A stretch of DNA of 64,000 nucleotides from an uncultured Gemmatimonadaceae bacterium (GCA_963761075.1 CAVXFN010000004.1:1192411-1256410); one strand, 5' to 3'; shown: positions 31,244 to 41,703, numbered from the stretch's first letter. Program-made: numbers and translations. The notes: a model not told the origin generated them from the letters alone.

Positions 31244-32758
31244 CTACGGCGTCCGGGTGGCGGTCTTGCCGTCCGTCTCCGTGGCGCCGCCCGCCGCGAT
31301 CCGCTTGACGAACCGCTCGAGGTCCAGGCCCATCGCGCCGGCGACCTGCTCGAGCGCGGCGATGGAGGCGTTGACCTTCTGCGTCGCGGCATTGGCCACG
31401 CCATGGCCGCCGCCACTGTCGACCACCGTGAGGCGCTGGATTTCCACGCCCTTCATCGCCTCCACGGTGACGCCGAGCATCGCCGGGAGCTTCTCGGCGA
31501 GGAAGACCTGCAGCCCGGTATCGCCGGCCTTCTGGATCTCGGCGTAGAGCATCCGCAACACCTCCGCCTGCGCCTTGCCCTGCTCGAGGATGGGCGCGGC
31601 CACCGCCTTGGCCTCGGCTTCGGCCGCGATGCGATTGGCCTCGGCCGGCTGCACGACATCGGCCTGGAGGCGCGTCCGCTCCATGTCGACGCGCCGTGAC
31701 TCCATCTCGGTCTTGGCCTCGATCTCGGCCTTGAGCGCCGAGACCTTCGACACTCGCTCGGTTGTCTCCGCCTCACGGCCGAGTTCCGCCTGCCGGACAC
31801 GAAGCTGGTTGCGGGCCTCGGCGATCGCCACGTCGGCCTGGGCGGCGGCGACATCGGAGAGCTTGCGCGACTCGGCCTGGCGCTGGTGGATCTCGGCGTC
31901 GGCCTGCGCTGCCGCGATTTCCGAGAGCTGGCGCGCCGACGCCTGCTGCTGCTTGATCGCCGCCTCGGCCTCGGCCTCGGCGATCTCCGCCAGGCGGCGC
32001 GCCGCTGCCTGGCGCTGCTTGATCTCGGCCTCGTTCTCAGCCGTGGCCACATCCGCCAGCTTCTTGGCTTCCGCCTGCGCCTGCCTCGTCTCGGCGCTCG
32101 CGGTCGCCTTGGCGATCTCCGCGTCGCGCAGGGCCTCCGCGGTGCGCTTCTCCCCGATGGAGGCGAGATACCCGACACGATCGGCGACGTGCTGGATCTT
32201 CAGCACGTCGAGCTGGAGGCCCAGTTTCTTCAGGTCGTGGTCGGCTTCGTCCGAGAGGTGCTTGGCGAAGCCCAGCCGGTCCTCGTTCACCTCCTCGGGC
32301 GTGAGCTTCGCGAGCACGCCGCGGAGGTTTCCGGTCAGCGTCTCGCGCGCGAGTGCCTCGATCTGCGCCGTGTTCTTTCCCAGCAACCGCTCGACCGCGT
32401 TGTTGAACACCGCCTCCGGCGTCGATGCGATCTTCACGTTCGCGATCGCCTTCACGGTGAGCGGGATGTTTCCCTTCGAGAACGCATCCTCGACGGCGAG
32501 CTCCAGGGGGACGGTCGACAGGGCCAGCCACTGGACCTGTTCGAGGACCGGCACGCGCATCGTCCGCCCGCCCATGACCGTGCGGTAGCCGACCACGGCG
32601 CCTTCCTCGGCGATGCGTTTCCGGCCGGTGATGACCGCGGCCATGTTCGGGGGCACGAGGACGATGAGGTTCTTGACGGTGATGATCGCCAGGAGAACGA
32701 GGGCGACGACCACGGCCCCAGCCACCACGGCCACTTGCGACAGCAGATTCTGCAGCAT
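31244..32758 (-). CDS. Flotillin (SPFH/band-7 family) with an Ala/Glu/Gln-rich coiled-coil repeat array.
   Basis: N-terminal TM, SPFH core, then approximately 22-aa EA repeats (AEIKQRQAAARRLAEIAEAEAEAAIKQQQ…). Start at MLQNLL (32758). Confidence 0.85.
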   Translation of the reverse strand: MLQNLLSQVAVVAGAVVVALVLLAIITVKNLIVLVPPNMAAVITGRKRIAEEGAVVGYRTVMGGRTMRVPVLEQVQWLALSTVPLELAVEDAFSKGNIPLTVKAIANVKIASTPEAVFNNAVERLLGKNTAQIEALARETLTGNLRGVLAKLTPEEVNEDRLGFAKHLSDEADHDLKKLGLQLDVLKIQHVADRVGYLASIGEKRTAEALRDAEIAKATASAETRQAQAEAKKLADVATAENEAEIKQRQAAARRLAEIAEAEAEAAIKQQQASARQLSEIAAAQADAEIHQRQAESRKLSDVAAAQADVAIAEARNQLRVRQAELGREAETTERVSKVSALKAEIEAKTEMESRRVDMERTRLQADVVQPAEANRIAAEAEAKAVAAPILEQGKAQAEVLRMLYAEIQKAGDTGLQVFLAEKLPAMLGVTVEAMKGVEIQRLTVVDSGGGHGVANAATQKVNASIAALEQVAGAMGLDLERFVKRIAAGGATETDGKTATRTP

Positions 32759-32759
32759 C

Positions 32760-33365
32760 TCAGTTCTCCGAAGTTGGGGCGAGTCGCTGGGGCCGGGCGG
32801 CTCCGAGCGCCGGGTCGTTCGGCGAGACGAGGGCGACTCCATCCTGCATGTCGATCACCATGACCTCGATCCACGCTTCCGGCTGCCCGAGGCGCGGATC
32901 GAAGGGGCGCGCGAGGAGTTCCAGTTCGCGGCTCCCGCGCCTGACGAGGATCTTGCCGGTGCCATCGCGCGTCAGTGGGATGACCACCCGGCCGGTCATG
33001 CCGAACAGGCTGGTGTCGCTGGGAAGCTCGCCGGAGTCCGAGCGACGAAGCCAGCGAAACGTGAACGCGCTGAGGGTCCCGCCGCCAAGTCCCAGCATGG
33101 TGGCGACGATCGCGGTAGCGAGCGGACGCCCCCCGGCCCAGATCCACGAGAGGGCGACCCCGGAGACTCCGAACGCGAAGAGCGCATAGGTGGCGTTGCG
33201 GAGCGACAGGATCCGGAATCCGTCGCCCGCGCCCTCGATCTCAGCGTGCCCGAGGTCGGCGTCGGCGCTGGCGTCCACGTCCCCGTGGCCAAGGAGGTCC
33301 GCCGAGAGTGACACAACGTACAGTCCGACGCCAACCACCAGGGCGAACCAGTACAGGGCGGTCAT
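32760..33365 (-). CDS. NfeD-like membrane protein (flotillin-associated, YqiJ/YuaF-like).
   Basis: Multi-TM N-terminus plus C-terminal OB-like beta domain; it ends 2 nt before the flotillin start. Confidence 0.55.
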   Translation of the reverse strand: MTALYWFALVVGVGLYVVSLSADLLGHGDVDASADADLGHAEIEGAGDGFRILSLRNATYALFAFGVSGVALSWIWAGGRPLATAIVATMLGLGGGTLSAFTFRWLRRSDSGELPSDTSLFGMTGRVVIPLTRDGTGKILVRRGSRELELLARPFDPRLGQPEAWIEVMVIDMQDGVALVSPNDPALGAARPQRLAPTSEN

Positions 33366-33751
33366 GAAGTGCGGGAACGAGTCAACACCTTCATGGCGCA
33401 ATATTGGACCCGTCGCAGAGCCGGAACCAGTGGCGGCTTGCTCTAGCCGGAGTCTTGCAATGTGCGACGCATCGCAGTTCGCCGGCCTGTGCGACATAAC
33501 ACGAATACCTGCTGAGACTTACAGTCATGCGTGTAGCCGGGAACCGGATCCCTCGCCGATCCGACGGTGGGCATTCCCGCGCGCCGAGCACGACGTCTCG
33601 CCGAGGTTCGTTCGGCGCGTAGATTGCGGAGTTTCGGTTGCCCGGGCGGGCGCCCGCGTCGAGTCGTCGTGGCATCGGTTCCGGTCCCACCCAAGTTCGA
33701 GATGCCAATGCGACAGCGCGACCTGCCAAAACCCCGATCGATTTCACACCG

Positions 33752-34730
33752 ATGACCGTCGCGGCTGGAACGGCTGAACTCGTCTCGATTGATGCGATCC
33801 GTCGCGCGGCGGATGGCCTTCGCGGTGTCGCAGTCCGGACGCCGCTCCTTCGCTCGTACTCGCTCTCCGAGTCGCTCGGCGCCGAGGTCCTGCTGAAACC
33901 GGAGATGCTCCAGCGCGGCGGCGCGTTCAAGTTCCGCGGCGCCTACACCTACCTCGCCAGCCTTCCGGAGGCCTCACGCCAGCGCGGCGTCGTGGCGCCG
34001 AGTTCGGGGAACCATGCGCAGGCCGTGGCGCTCGCTGCGAGGTTGTTCGGGGTCAAGGCGGTGGTGGTGATGCCGACGACGGTCACCGCGGCAAAGCGAT
34101 CGGGTGCGGAACATCTCGGGGCGCGGGTGGAGCTGGCCGGGACGACGACGAAGGACCGCATGGACCGTGCGCTCGAGCTGGTGGCGTCGGAAGGGACTCA
34201 CGATGGTGCCGCCGTTCGACGATCCGACGATCATTGCAGGGCAGGGGACGACGGGACTCGAGATCGTGGAGGATCTTCCCGACGTCGGGACGGTGCTCGT
34301 TCCTGTCGGCGGCGGCGGACTCAGCGCGGGTGTGGCGACCGCGGTCAAGCGTCTCCTGCCGGGGGCGCGCGTGGTCGGGGTCGAGCCGGCGGGCGCGCCG
34401 AAGCTCACCCGGGCTCGTCAGGCGGGCGGGCCGGTGCGGCTGACGCAGACCGACAGCATTGCCGACGGACTGCTGTCGATCCAGATCGGCACGATTCCGT
34501 TCGCGCACCACCAGGCGTTTCTCGACGACGTGGTGACGGTGGATGACGCCGCGATGGTGGTCGCGATGCGCCACCTTCTCGAGCGCGCGAAGCTGGTGGC
34601 GGAACCGAGCGGCGCGATCACCGTGGCCGCGCTGCTCTCCGGCGCCGTGGCCCCCCTGGGGAAGACGGTTGCAGTGCTGAGCGGAGGCAACGTGGACTGG
34701 CCCGGGCTCGTCCAGCTCCTGCATGCGTAA
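33752..34730 (+). pseudogene. Threonine/serine dehydratase (PLP, fold-type II) interrupted by a +1 frameshift near 34193.
   Basis: N-terminal part (…FKFRGAYTYL…SSGNHAQAVA…) is in frame 33752; it continues in another frame (…GLTMVPPFDDPTIIAGQGTTGLEI…). One extra base in ggaaggg(a)ctcacg breaks the frame. Confidence 0.6.
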
Positions 34731-36195
34731 AGCGCGGATCCTCATCGCGGACGACGATCCCGCCCTCGTCCGCACCATGACGTGGGTGCTCAAGGAGCAG
34801 GGGTACGACGTCGCCTCGACGCGGGAGTCCGTCGAGGTGCTCCCACTCATGGAGCAGCACGCCCCGGACATCGTCCTGCTGGACGTGATGTTCCCCGACG
34901 CCGACGGCAACGACATCCTCGAACGGATCAAGGCGGACGACCGCTGGCGCGATGTGCCGGTGGTGATGATTTCCGCGCTCCCGCCGGAGGAGGCTGCGGT
35001 GCGGACCCTGGGGATCGGCGCCGCCGACTACGTGCGGAAGCCGTTCCGGGTCCGGGAGCTCCTGGCGCGCATCCAGGCGCAACTGCGCATGCGCGCGATA
35101 CTCCGCTCGGCGAACGAATCCCTGCGGGAGACGCGCGAGGCGCTGACGCGGGTTCGGGAGGAGGCCGAGCACCGGCGCCACCTCGTCGACATCCTCCACG
35201 ACGTGACCGATGAGCTGTCGGCGGACGAGATCTACCACCTGCTGGCTCGCCGGGTGGCGCGCGCGCTGGGGCTCACGCACTGCAGCGTGATCCTCGCGCG
35301 CGAGGGCGATCCTCCGCGCGTCGTGGCGACGGCCTACGAGAGCCGGCTGGCGAACGACTTCACGCTCAAGATGGAGCTCTATCCCGAGCTGCGCACGGCC
35401 CTCGAGACGGCGCGTCCGGTGCTTGTGGAGGACGTCCGCACCAGTCCGCTCTACGACTCGGTGCGGCACGTGTGGTCACGGTCGGGGACGCGGGTGACGA
35501 CCCGCTCGGTGATCGCGATTCCGTTCGCGCTGGCCCCCGACGAGGCCGGCGTCTTCTTCCTGCGGCGCAGCGTCGACGAGCCGCCCCTGACTTCCGAGGA
35601 CGTGGACTTTGCCAGTACGGTGATTCGCGCGGCGGTCACGGCGGTGCAGCGGGCCAACCTCATCGCATCGACGATGGAGGACAACCGCCGGCTCGAGCTG
35701 CTGGCGCAGACCGACCCGCTCACGAAGCTGCTGAACCGGCGGGCGCTGAATGAGCGACTGTCGGCGGAAATGGGCCGTGTCCGGCGCTATGATACGGTGG
35801 TCTCGATCCTGCTGATCGACCTGGACCACTTCAAGCTCATCAACGACACGTTCGGGCACCTTACCGGTGACAGCGTGCTCGTCGAGGCGGCGGGGCTGTT
35901 GGAGCGCGGAGTGCGCGCCGTGGACATCGTGGCGCGGTACGGCGGCGAGGAGTTCGTCGTGGTCCTTCCGGAAACGACGCCGGCGGGCGCCGCGGCGTTC
36001 GCCGAGCGGTTGCGCGAGCTGATCGAGACGCATGCGTTCGCCTTGACGCGGGGGACACCGCTGCGGCTGACCGTGAGCATCGGCGTGGCGTCGTTTCCGG
36101 GGTTCGCGGTCGAAGCGGTCGACGACCTCTTCGCCGCCGCGGATCAGGCGCTGTATCGCGCCAAGGCCGAGGGGCGGAACCGCGTACGCGCCTGA
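34723..36195 (+). CDS. Response-regulator receiver + GAF + GGDEF diguanylate cyclase.
   Basis: REC domain (ILIADDDP…DIVLLDVMFPDADG), GAF core, GGDEF with RYGGEEF active site. ATG overlaps the dehydratase 3' end by 8 nt. Confidence 0.85.
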   Translation: MRKARILIADDDPALVRTMTWVLKEQGYDVASTRESVEVLPLMEQHAPDIVLLDVMFPDADGNDILERIKADDRWRDVPVVMISALPPEEAAVRTLGIGAADYVRKPFRVRELLARIQAQLRMRAILRSANESLRETREALTRVREEAEHRRHLVDILHDVTDELSADEIYHLLARRVARALGLTHCSVILAREGDPPRVVATAYESRLANDFTLKMELYPELRTALETARPVLVEDVRTSPLYDSVRHVWSRSGTRVTTRSVIAIPFALAPDEAGVFFLRRSVDEPPLTSEDVDFASTVIRAAVTAVQRANLIASTMEDNRRLELLAQTDPLTKLLNRRALNERLSAEMGRVRRYDTVVSILLIDLDHFKLINDTFGHLTGDSVLVEAAGLLERGVRAVDIVARYGGEEFVVVLPETTPAGAAAFAERLRELIETHAFALTRGTPLRLTVSIGVASFPGFAVEAVDDLFAAADQALYRAKAEGRNRVRA

Positions 36196-36308
36196 GGTAC
36201 TCCCTGGCCGGGGAGTGGTGGCGGGCAACGCGGCAACCGACGGACGTGGGCGGCTGCGCGCGAGCTGGGCGGAGCCCTGACACAACGAACTCACCGGAGA
36301 CCTTGCTC

Positions 36309-37439
36309 ATGCGGATCATGGCGGCAACGCTGGCGCTGTTCGTGCTCACGGCCGCGGCCGGGGCGCAGGCCAACTTTGGGCCGACGCCGGTCGAACTTCC
36401 CCAGGCAGCGTACGGCGGCCGACTGCACGTCCCCCAGGGTTTTCACGTCGAGGAGTTCGCCGCGGTCACCGGCGTGCGCTTCATGGCCCTTGGCCCTGAT
36501 GGCGCCATCTACGCGAGCCAGCCGGCACGGGGACAAGTCATGCGCATCGTCGACACCAACGGCGACGGCGTCGGCGATTCCCAGACCCTCGCGGTGGGCG
36601 GACTCAATCGACCGCACGGTCTCGCGTTCCACGACGGCTGGTTGTACGTCGCGATGGGAGACGGTGTGGTGCGCGTGAAGCTGGACGCCAACGGGCAGGC
36701 GATCGGGACGCCGGAACGGCTCAACAGCTACTCGGCAGGCGGCAACCACTGGTCACGAACCGTCGTCTTCGGGCCCGACGGCGGGATGTACGTCTCGATC
36801 GGCTCTACCTGCAACATCTGCGTCGAGAAGAACCCCGACCGTGCCACGGTGATGCGCTACGATGCCGATGGGAAGAACGGCCGGGTCTTCGCGAGCGGGC
36901 TGCGCAATGCCGCCGGCGTGGCAGTAAACCCGGCAACGCACGAGATCTGGGTCACGCAGAACGAGCGCGACAACCTCGAACCGGACCACGAGAACCTCCC
37001 GCCCGAAGAGATCAACATCCTGCGCGACGGCGCCAACTACGGATGGCCGTACTGCTACGGCGACCGGGTGCCCAACCCCGAATTCAACGACCGTGCGCGT
37101 TGCACCTCGACGGTGCCGCCCGCGCTCAAGATGCAGGCACACTCGGCGCCGCTGGGCATCACCTTCCTCGACAAGGCGACGCGCTTCCCCGCCGAATACC
37201 GCGGTGACGCGGTTGTCGCTTTCCATGGCTCGTGGAACCGTGACGTGCCCACGGGCGCCAAGGTCGTGCGCATCCGTATCCGGGACGGCAAGCCGGTCGG
37301 GTACGAGGACTTCATCGTCGGATGGCAAGAGGCGAGTGGACGACGATGGGGGCGACCGGTCGACGTGCTGGTGGCCGGGGACGGCTCGGTGCTGGTGTCC
37401 GACGACGCGGCGGGCCGGATCTACCGCGTCTGGCGGTGA
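36309..37439 (+). CDS. Secreted PQQ-dependent sugar dehydrogenase (sorbosone/soluble glucose dehydrogenase-like beta-propeller).
   Basis: Signal peptide; the GPDG…YV, WPYCYGD and HSAPLGITF blocks characteristic of the family. Confidence 0.7.
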   Translation: MRIMAATLALFVLTAAAGAQANFGPTPVELPQAAYGGRLHVPQGFHVEEFAAVTGVRFMALGPDGAIYASQPARGQVMRIVDTNGDGVGDSQTLAVGGLNRPHGLAFHDGWLYVAMGDGVVRVKLDANGQAIGTPERLNSYSAGGNHWSRTVVFGPDGGMYVSIGSTCNICVEKNPDRATVMRYDADGKNGRVFASGLRNAAGVAVNPATHEIWVTQNERDNLEPDHENLPPEEINILRDGANYGWPYCYGDRVPNPEFNDRARCTSTVPPALKMQAHSAPLGITFLDKATRFPAEYRGDAVVAFHGSWNRDVPTGAKVVRIRIRDGKPVGYEDFIVGWQEASGRRWGRPVDVLVAGDGSVLVSDDAAGRIYRVWR

Positions 37440-37465
37440 CATCGCCACGTGCCGGCGACGGGCTG

Positions 37466-39202
37466 ATGCTGCGGTCGCCGGCGACACAGGAAGCGCCGCA
37501 GGACGACCGGCAGACGCTGACGCCGGTGCGGAGGTTTGCTCACCTGCTCGGGCTCACGCTCCTCGTTCCGGCGGCGGCGATGGCCCCGTCCGCGCGGTCC
37601 CCGGTCGCGGCACCGCCGCGCCCCAACGGCCCAATTGCCGCCGCGCCGTACCGGCCGGGCATCGACATCGTGCACTACGGCTTCGACATCTCGTTCGGCA
37701 CCAGCGGAGCGCTGGACAGCATGGCGATGGTGGAGAGCGTGCGCGTGCACCGGACGGCGCCGGTGGACACGCTGGTGCTCGACCTGCTGGCTCCGATGCG
37801 GGTTCGCTCGGTCTCCGTGGGGCGCTCGCCCGCGGCGTTCGGCCGGGATGACGCGACCGTGCGCATCCCGCTCCCCGCAGGGACGAACGACACCGTCGAT
37901 GTCGAGCTGCGATACGATGGGAGACCGAGGGACGGCCTCATCGTGCGCCGCGACTCGATGGGGCGATGGACGGCGTTCGGCGACAACTACCCCGATCGCG
38001 CGCGGAACTGGCTGGCGACTGTCGATCATCCGTCGGACAAGGCGACGGTCGACTGGACGGTCCGGCATCCGTCGGCGCTGCGCACCATCGCGAACGGCTC
38101 CCTCCTGGAGGAGTCACCAGACGCGACGGGGAGGATAACCGTGACGCGCTGGCGCGAGGCACGGCCCGTGTACACGGCGGTGATGGTGATCGGGGTGGCG
38201 CCGTTCGCGGTGCTCGAGCTGGGGCGATCCGCGTGCGGGGACGCCGAGGTGGCGGGGTGCGTCGCCCAGTCGGTGTGGGTGGCACCGGAGGTACGCCCCT
38301 CGATGCCCGGTGCGTTCGCGCAGGCGGTGCCCATCGTCGACTACTTCTCGCGACTGGTGGCGCCCTTTCCGTACGAGAAACTGGCCCATGTGGAGAGTGC
38401 CACACGCTACGGCGGCATGGAGAACGCCAGCGACATCTTCTACTCGGATGCCGCATTTCGTCGGGGGCGCATCACCGAGGACCTCATCGCGCACGAGACT
38501 GCACACCAGTGGTTCGGCGACGCCGTCACCACGCGCGAATGGCCGCACGTCTGGCTCTCCGAGGGCTTCGCCACGTATTTCGCCGCGCTCTGGACGGAGC
38601 ATGCGCATGGCGACAGTGCGTTCCACGCGGCGCTGCACCGCATGCGACAGACGGTGCTCTCGGCCCCGGTGACGATCGCCGAGCCGGTGGTGCGCGATTC
38701 GGTGCCGGACCTGACGCGACTGCTCAACTCCAACGTATACCAGAAGGCAGGCTTCGTCCTGCACATGCTGCGGCGCGAGATGGGCGACTCGGCGTTCTTC
38801 CGCGGGATCCGCAGCTACTACCTCACGTACCGCCACGGGAACGCGGTCACCGCCGATTTCCAGCGGGAGATGGAGTCGGCCGCAGGCACGTCGCTGGACT
38901 GGTTCTTTGCGCAATGGATGCGCCGGCCAGGCTTCGCCGAGCTGACGACGACCTGGCGCTGGGACGCGTCGCGCCGGGTGCTGCTTGTCACCGTGTCACA
39001 GGGAACGCGCTTCCCGCCGTACCAGTTGTCGCTGGAGATGGACGTCTACGACATCGCCGGTCGTGCCCATCGCGTGAGGGCCGCGGTTCCGGCAACTCGC
39101 GCCGGCACGATCCCGGTCCCGGTGGTGATCGACGGTGCCCCCGTCCGGGTGGAATTCGACCCCGACGTGGCACTGCTCGGGACGATCCGGCCGGGCACGT
39201 AG
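37466..39202 (+). CDS. M1 family aminopeptidase (aminopeptidase N-like), secreted.
   Basis: GGMEN exopeptidase motif and zinc site HETAHQWFG…WLSEGFATY. Confidence 0.85.
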   Translation: MLRSPATQEAPQDDRQTLTPVRRFAHLLGLTLLVPAAAMAPSARSPVAAPPRPNGPIAAAPYRPGIDIVHYGFDISFGTSGALDSMAMVESVRVHRTAPVDTLVLDLLAPMRVRSVSVGRSPAAFGRDDATVRIPLPAGTNDTVDVELRYDGRPRDGLIVRRDSMGRWTAFGDNYPDRARNWLATVDHPSDKATVDWTVRHPSALRTIANGSLLEESPDATGRITVTRWREARPVYTAVMVIGVAPFAVLELGRSACGDAEVAGCVAQSVWVAPEVRPSMPGAFAQAVPIVDYFSRLVAPFPYEKLAHVESATRYGGMENASDIFYSDAAFRRGRITEDLIAHETAHQWFGDAVTTREWPHVWLSEGFATYFAALWTEHAHGDSAFHAALHRMRQTVLSAPVTIAEPVVRDSVPDLTRLLNSNVYQKAGFVLHMLRREMGDSAFFRGIRSYYLTYRHGNAVTADFQREMESAAGTSLDWFFAQWMRRPGFAELTTTWRWDASRRVLLVTVSQGTRFPPYQLSLEMDVYDIAGRAHRVRAAVPATRAGTIPVPVVIDGAPVRVEFDPDVALLGTIRPGT

Positions 39203-39246
39203 CGAAGCGACACGTCGCGAAGCGGCACGTCGCGAAGCGGCAGCCA
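39196..39246. repeat. 15-bp tandem repeat x3 (cacgtcgcgaagcgg) overlapping the aminopeptidase stop codon, in a convergent gap.
   Basis: cacgtAgcgaagcgA / cacgtcgcgaagcgg / cacgtcgcgaagcgg. Each unit holds a cgc-GAAG-gcg mini-hairpin. Confidence 0.6.
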
Positions 39247-39260
39247 CGGCGGTTCGCCGG

Positions 39261-40871
39261 CTACTCGCGATCGAAGCTGGCGAGCGTGGCACCCATGGCG
39301 TCGATCGTCTCACGGGCGTTCCAGCGATCCGTGCCGTTGTAGAGGAACGCGAACGCGAGGATCTCGCCATCGCGCGCGGAGACGTAGCCGCTGAGCGCGA
39401 TCACATCGTTGGTGGTGCCCGTCTTGGCGTGCAGGTTGTCCTGGGCGGGCGTGGCGCGCATCCGCAGCCGGAGCGTCTCCTGGCGTCCCGCCACCGGCAG
39501 CGACTCGTGGAACTGCCGCGACCAGGGCGCCCGGTGCGCGTACGAAAGCAGCTGCACCAGCGAGCGCGCGGTGGTTCGGTCCAGCGTGGACAATCCGCTT
39601 CCGTCGGCGGCAAAGACGTCGCCGGGCCTGGCACCGACCCGCAGGAGCAGGAAGTCGTGGAGCAGGGCGTTTCCCATGGCAGCCGACCCCACACCCGCCG
39701 CGTCGCCCTGGCGCGCGACAGTGCGGAAGATCAGCTCGGCGAAATGGTTGACGCTCTCGCGGTTCATGATGTCGACGATTTCCGAGAGCGGCGGCGACTC
39801 CAGCGAGGCCACCTTGACCGCGTCCTCGGAAGTCTCGCCGAGTCGCACGTGTCCATCGACCCTCACGCCGGCGTCGGCCAGTGCGCGCGCGAAGGCACCG
39901 GTGGTGAATCGTGCCGGGTCCTCGACAACGACGACGTAGACCTTGGGCTCGGAGTGCGAGCCGATCCATCCGCGCACGGCGATGGAGTTGTCCGATGCGA
40001 GGCCGACCGTGAGCGCCGAACCACGGCTGCCGCTCGCCGTCCGGGCGCCGTTGCTCACCGACAGCGTGCTTGTCCCGGGCTGCAGCGTGACCGTGGGCGC
40101 GCCGCCAGAGCGCGACGGGGAAATGGAGACATAGAGCAGGTTCTCGTTCAGCGAGAGGGCCGAGACGCGCGCGGCATAGCTGGCCTGCAGGTAGCGGTGG
40201 AGCCATCCGTCAGGGACGGTCTTGGACTCGAACGCGTGGCTGTCGCCCACGACGTCACCGGCGACGCGGCGGATTCCCGTTGCGGCGACCTGGTTTGCCA
40301 GGGCGCGCATCGGCGCGCTGGCGTCGCCGTTGAAGAAACGCCGTGAGAGCGACGGGTCGCCGCCTCCCCGGAGCACGAGGTCGCCCTCGAGGGTGCCGTC
40401 GGACTCGAGGTCACCCTCGCGGTAGACGTCAGTCGAGAAGCGGTACGCCGGCCCGAGTCGTTCGAACGCCAGCGCCGTCGTGTACAGCTTGAAGGTCGAT
40501 GCCGGAAGGAGACTGGCGCTGGCATCGCGCGTGAAGAGGGTGTCCCCGCGGGTGAGCGAGACCACCATCACGCCCCAGCTTCCGGAGCGGACCTTTGCCG
40601 AGAGGAGGCTCGAGAGCTCGCCGGCGAGCTCGTCGCTTCCCCGGGGCGTACGGAAGTGCAGCTCCCCGCTGCCGGTGCTGGCGGCCCGCCGCACTGTCGA
40701 CGGAGTCATCCGTGCGGCGGCGCTTGCGCTGCGCGTCCCGCCCGCGGAGCCCGCCTGCGCGCCGGTTGCCGTGGTGGCCGCGAGGGTCGCCAGAGTCGCC
40801 CGCGCGATCGTCCGCGCACTGATCCGTGCAATGTCCCGCACTCGGGCGACAGGGAGATAGGTCCGGCTCAT
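39261..40871 (-). CDS. dacB: D-alanyl-D-alanine carboxypeptidase/endopeptidase (PBP4, peptidase S13).
   Basis: ASTFKLYT (SxxK), SDN-type block, KTGT C-terminal motif. Start at MSRTYLP (40871). Confidence 0.8.
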   Translation of the reverse strand: MSRTYLPVARVRDIARISARTIARATLATLAATTATGAQAGSAGGTRSASAAARMTPSTVRRAASTGSGELHFRTPRGSDELAGELSSLLSAKVRSGSWGVMVVSLTRGDTLFTRDASASLLPASTFKLYTTALAFERLGPAYRFSTDVYREGDLESDGTLEGDLVLRGGGDPSLSRRFFNGDASAPMRALANQVAATGIRRVAGDVVGDSHAFESKTVPDGWLHRYLQASYAARVSALSLNENLLYVSISPSRSGGAPTVTLQPGTSTLSVSNGARTASGSRGSALTVGLASDNSIAVRGWIGSHSEPKVYVVVVEDPARFTTGAFARALADAGVRVDGHVRLGETSEDAVKVASLESPPLSEIVDIMNRESVNHFAELIFRTVARQGDAAGVGSAAMGNALLHDFLLLRVGARPGDVFAADGSGLSTLDRTTARSLVQLLSYAHRAPWSRQFHESLPVAGRQETLRLRMRATPAQDNLHAKTGTTNDVIALSGYVSARDGEILAFAFLYNGTDRWNARETIDAMGATLASFDRE

Positions 40872-41140
40872 CGCGTCCCGGCTGAGGTGTCGGTCATGCG
40901 GACTACGTGGATCAGGCGGATCCTGACCGTTCTGGTAGCGAGAGGGTAGACGAAGAAGGTAAGGACCCTTCACCCGAGGACGAAAGTGACTGGGCGGGGC
41001 AACCACGAGTGCCGGGACCGGTATCCGCTGTCACATCGGCATTTCGCCGACGTGATCGCGGTCCTCCATCGCCCGATGGATTGCCCCTGGGTCGGAACGA
41101 GGACAGGATTGGACAGACATCCCATCGACGGAGGTGTTCA

Positions 41141-41629
41141 GTGAATGGACACGGAACGGTGCGCGAAGGGATCGTGGCCGGCACGATCGGCGCGACGGGC
41201 GTGGCAGTGTGGTTTCTGCTCGTCGATCTCGTGGCCGGGCAGCCCTTCTTCACGCCGGCCCTGCTGGGCAGGGGCGTGATCGGGGTGCTGGGGCCAGGAT
41301 ACACCGACAGCACGCTCACGCTGGTGCTCTTCTACACGGTCATCCATTACGCCGCGTTCATGATTGCCGGCGTCGTGGCGACGGCGGTGGTGCATGCGTC
41401 GCGCCGCCAACCGGCCGTGTTGGCGGGCTTCTTCATGCTCTTCGTGGCGTTCGAGGCGGGATTCTACGGCCTGACGTTCGTGCTCTCGCTGCGCACGCCG
41501 CTGCGCGACATCGCCTGGTACCAGATCGGGATGGCGAACCTGGTGGCCGCCGTCCTGGTGCTCGGTTTCCTGTGGCGCCGGCATCCCGGACTGGCGCGGG
41601 GGTTGCACGAGGCGCTCGGCGACCACTGA
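41141..41629 (+). CDS. Hypothetical integral membrane protein (4 TM).
   Basis: GTG at 41141 preceded by GGAGGTG; hydrophobic helices. The upstream part of ORF 40907 is junk. Confidence 0.45.
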   Translation: MNGHGTVREGIVAGTIGATGVAVWFLLVDLVAGQPFFTPALLGRGVIGVLGPGYTDSTLTLVLFYTVIHYAAFMIAGVVATAVVHASRRQPAVLAGFFMLFVAFEAGFYGLTFVLSLRTPLRDIAWYQIGMANLVAAVLVLGFLWRRHPGLARGLHEALGDH

Positions 41630-41644
41630 CCTGCTTCCGCCGGA

Positions 41645-41684
41645 ACGCACAGGGGCGGCCCGTCGCGGGGCCGCCCCTGTGCGT
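41645..41684. terminator. Bidirectional terminator with a 17-bp perfect GC-rich stem.
   Basis: acgcacaggggcggccc-gtcgcg-gggccgcccctgtgcgt between the convergent membrane-protein gene and coxD. Confidence 0.55.
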
Positions 41685-41703
41685 TGACGAGCGACGTCGC
41701 GCG

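Noticed and set aside
31800-32100. Apparent ~66-bp DNA tandem repeats inside the flotillin gene.
   Set aside because: They encode the known Ala/Glu-rich coiled-coil repeats of flotillins; this is not an independent repeat element.
40907-41629. N-terminal 78-codon extension of the membrane-protein ORF (MDQADPDRSG…).
   Set aside because: The extension is acidic or low-complexity and overlaps the dacB promoter region. A GTG at 41141 with a GGAGGTG SD gives a clean 4-TM protein.
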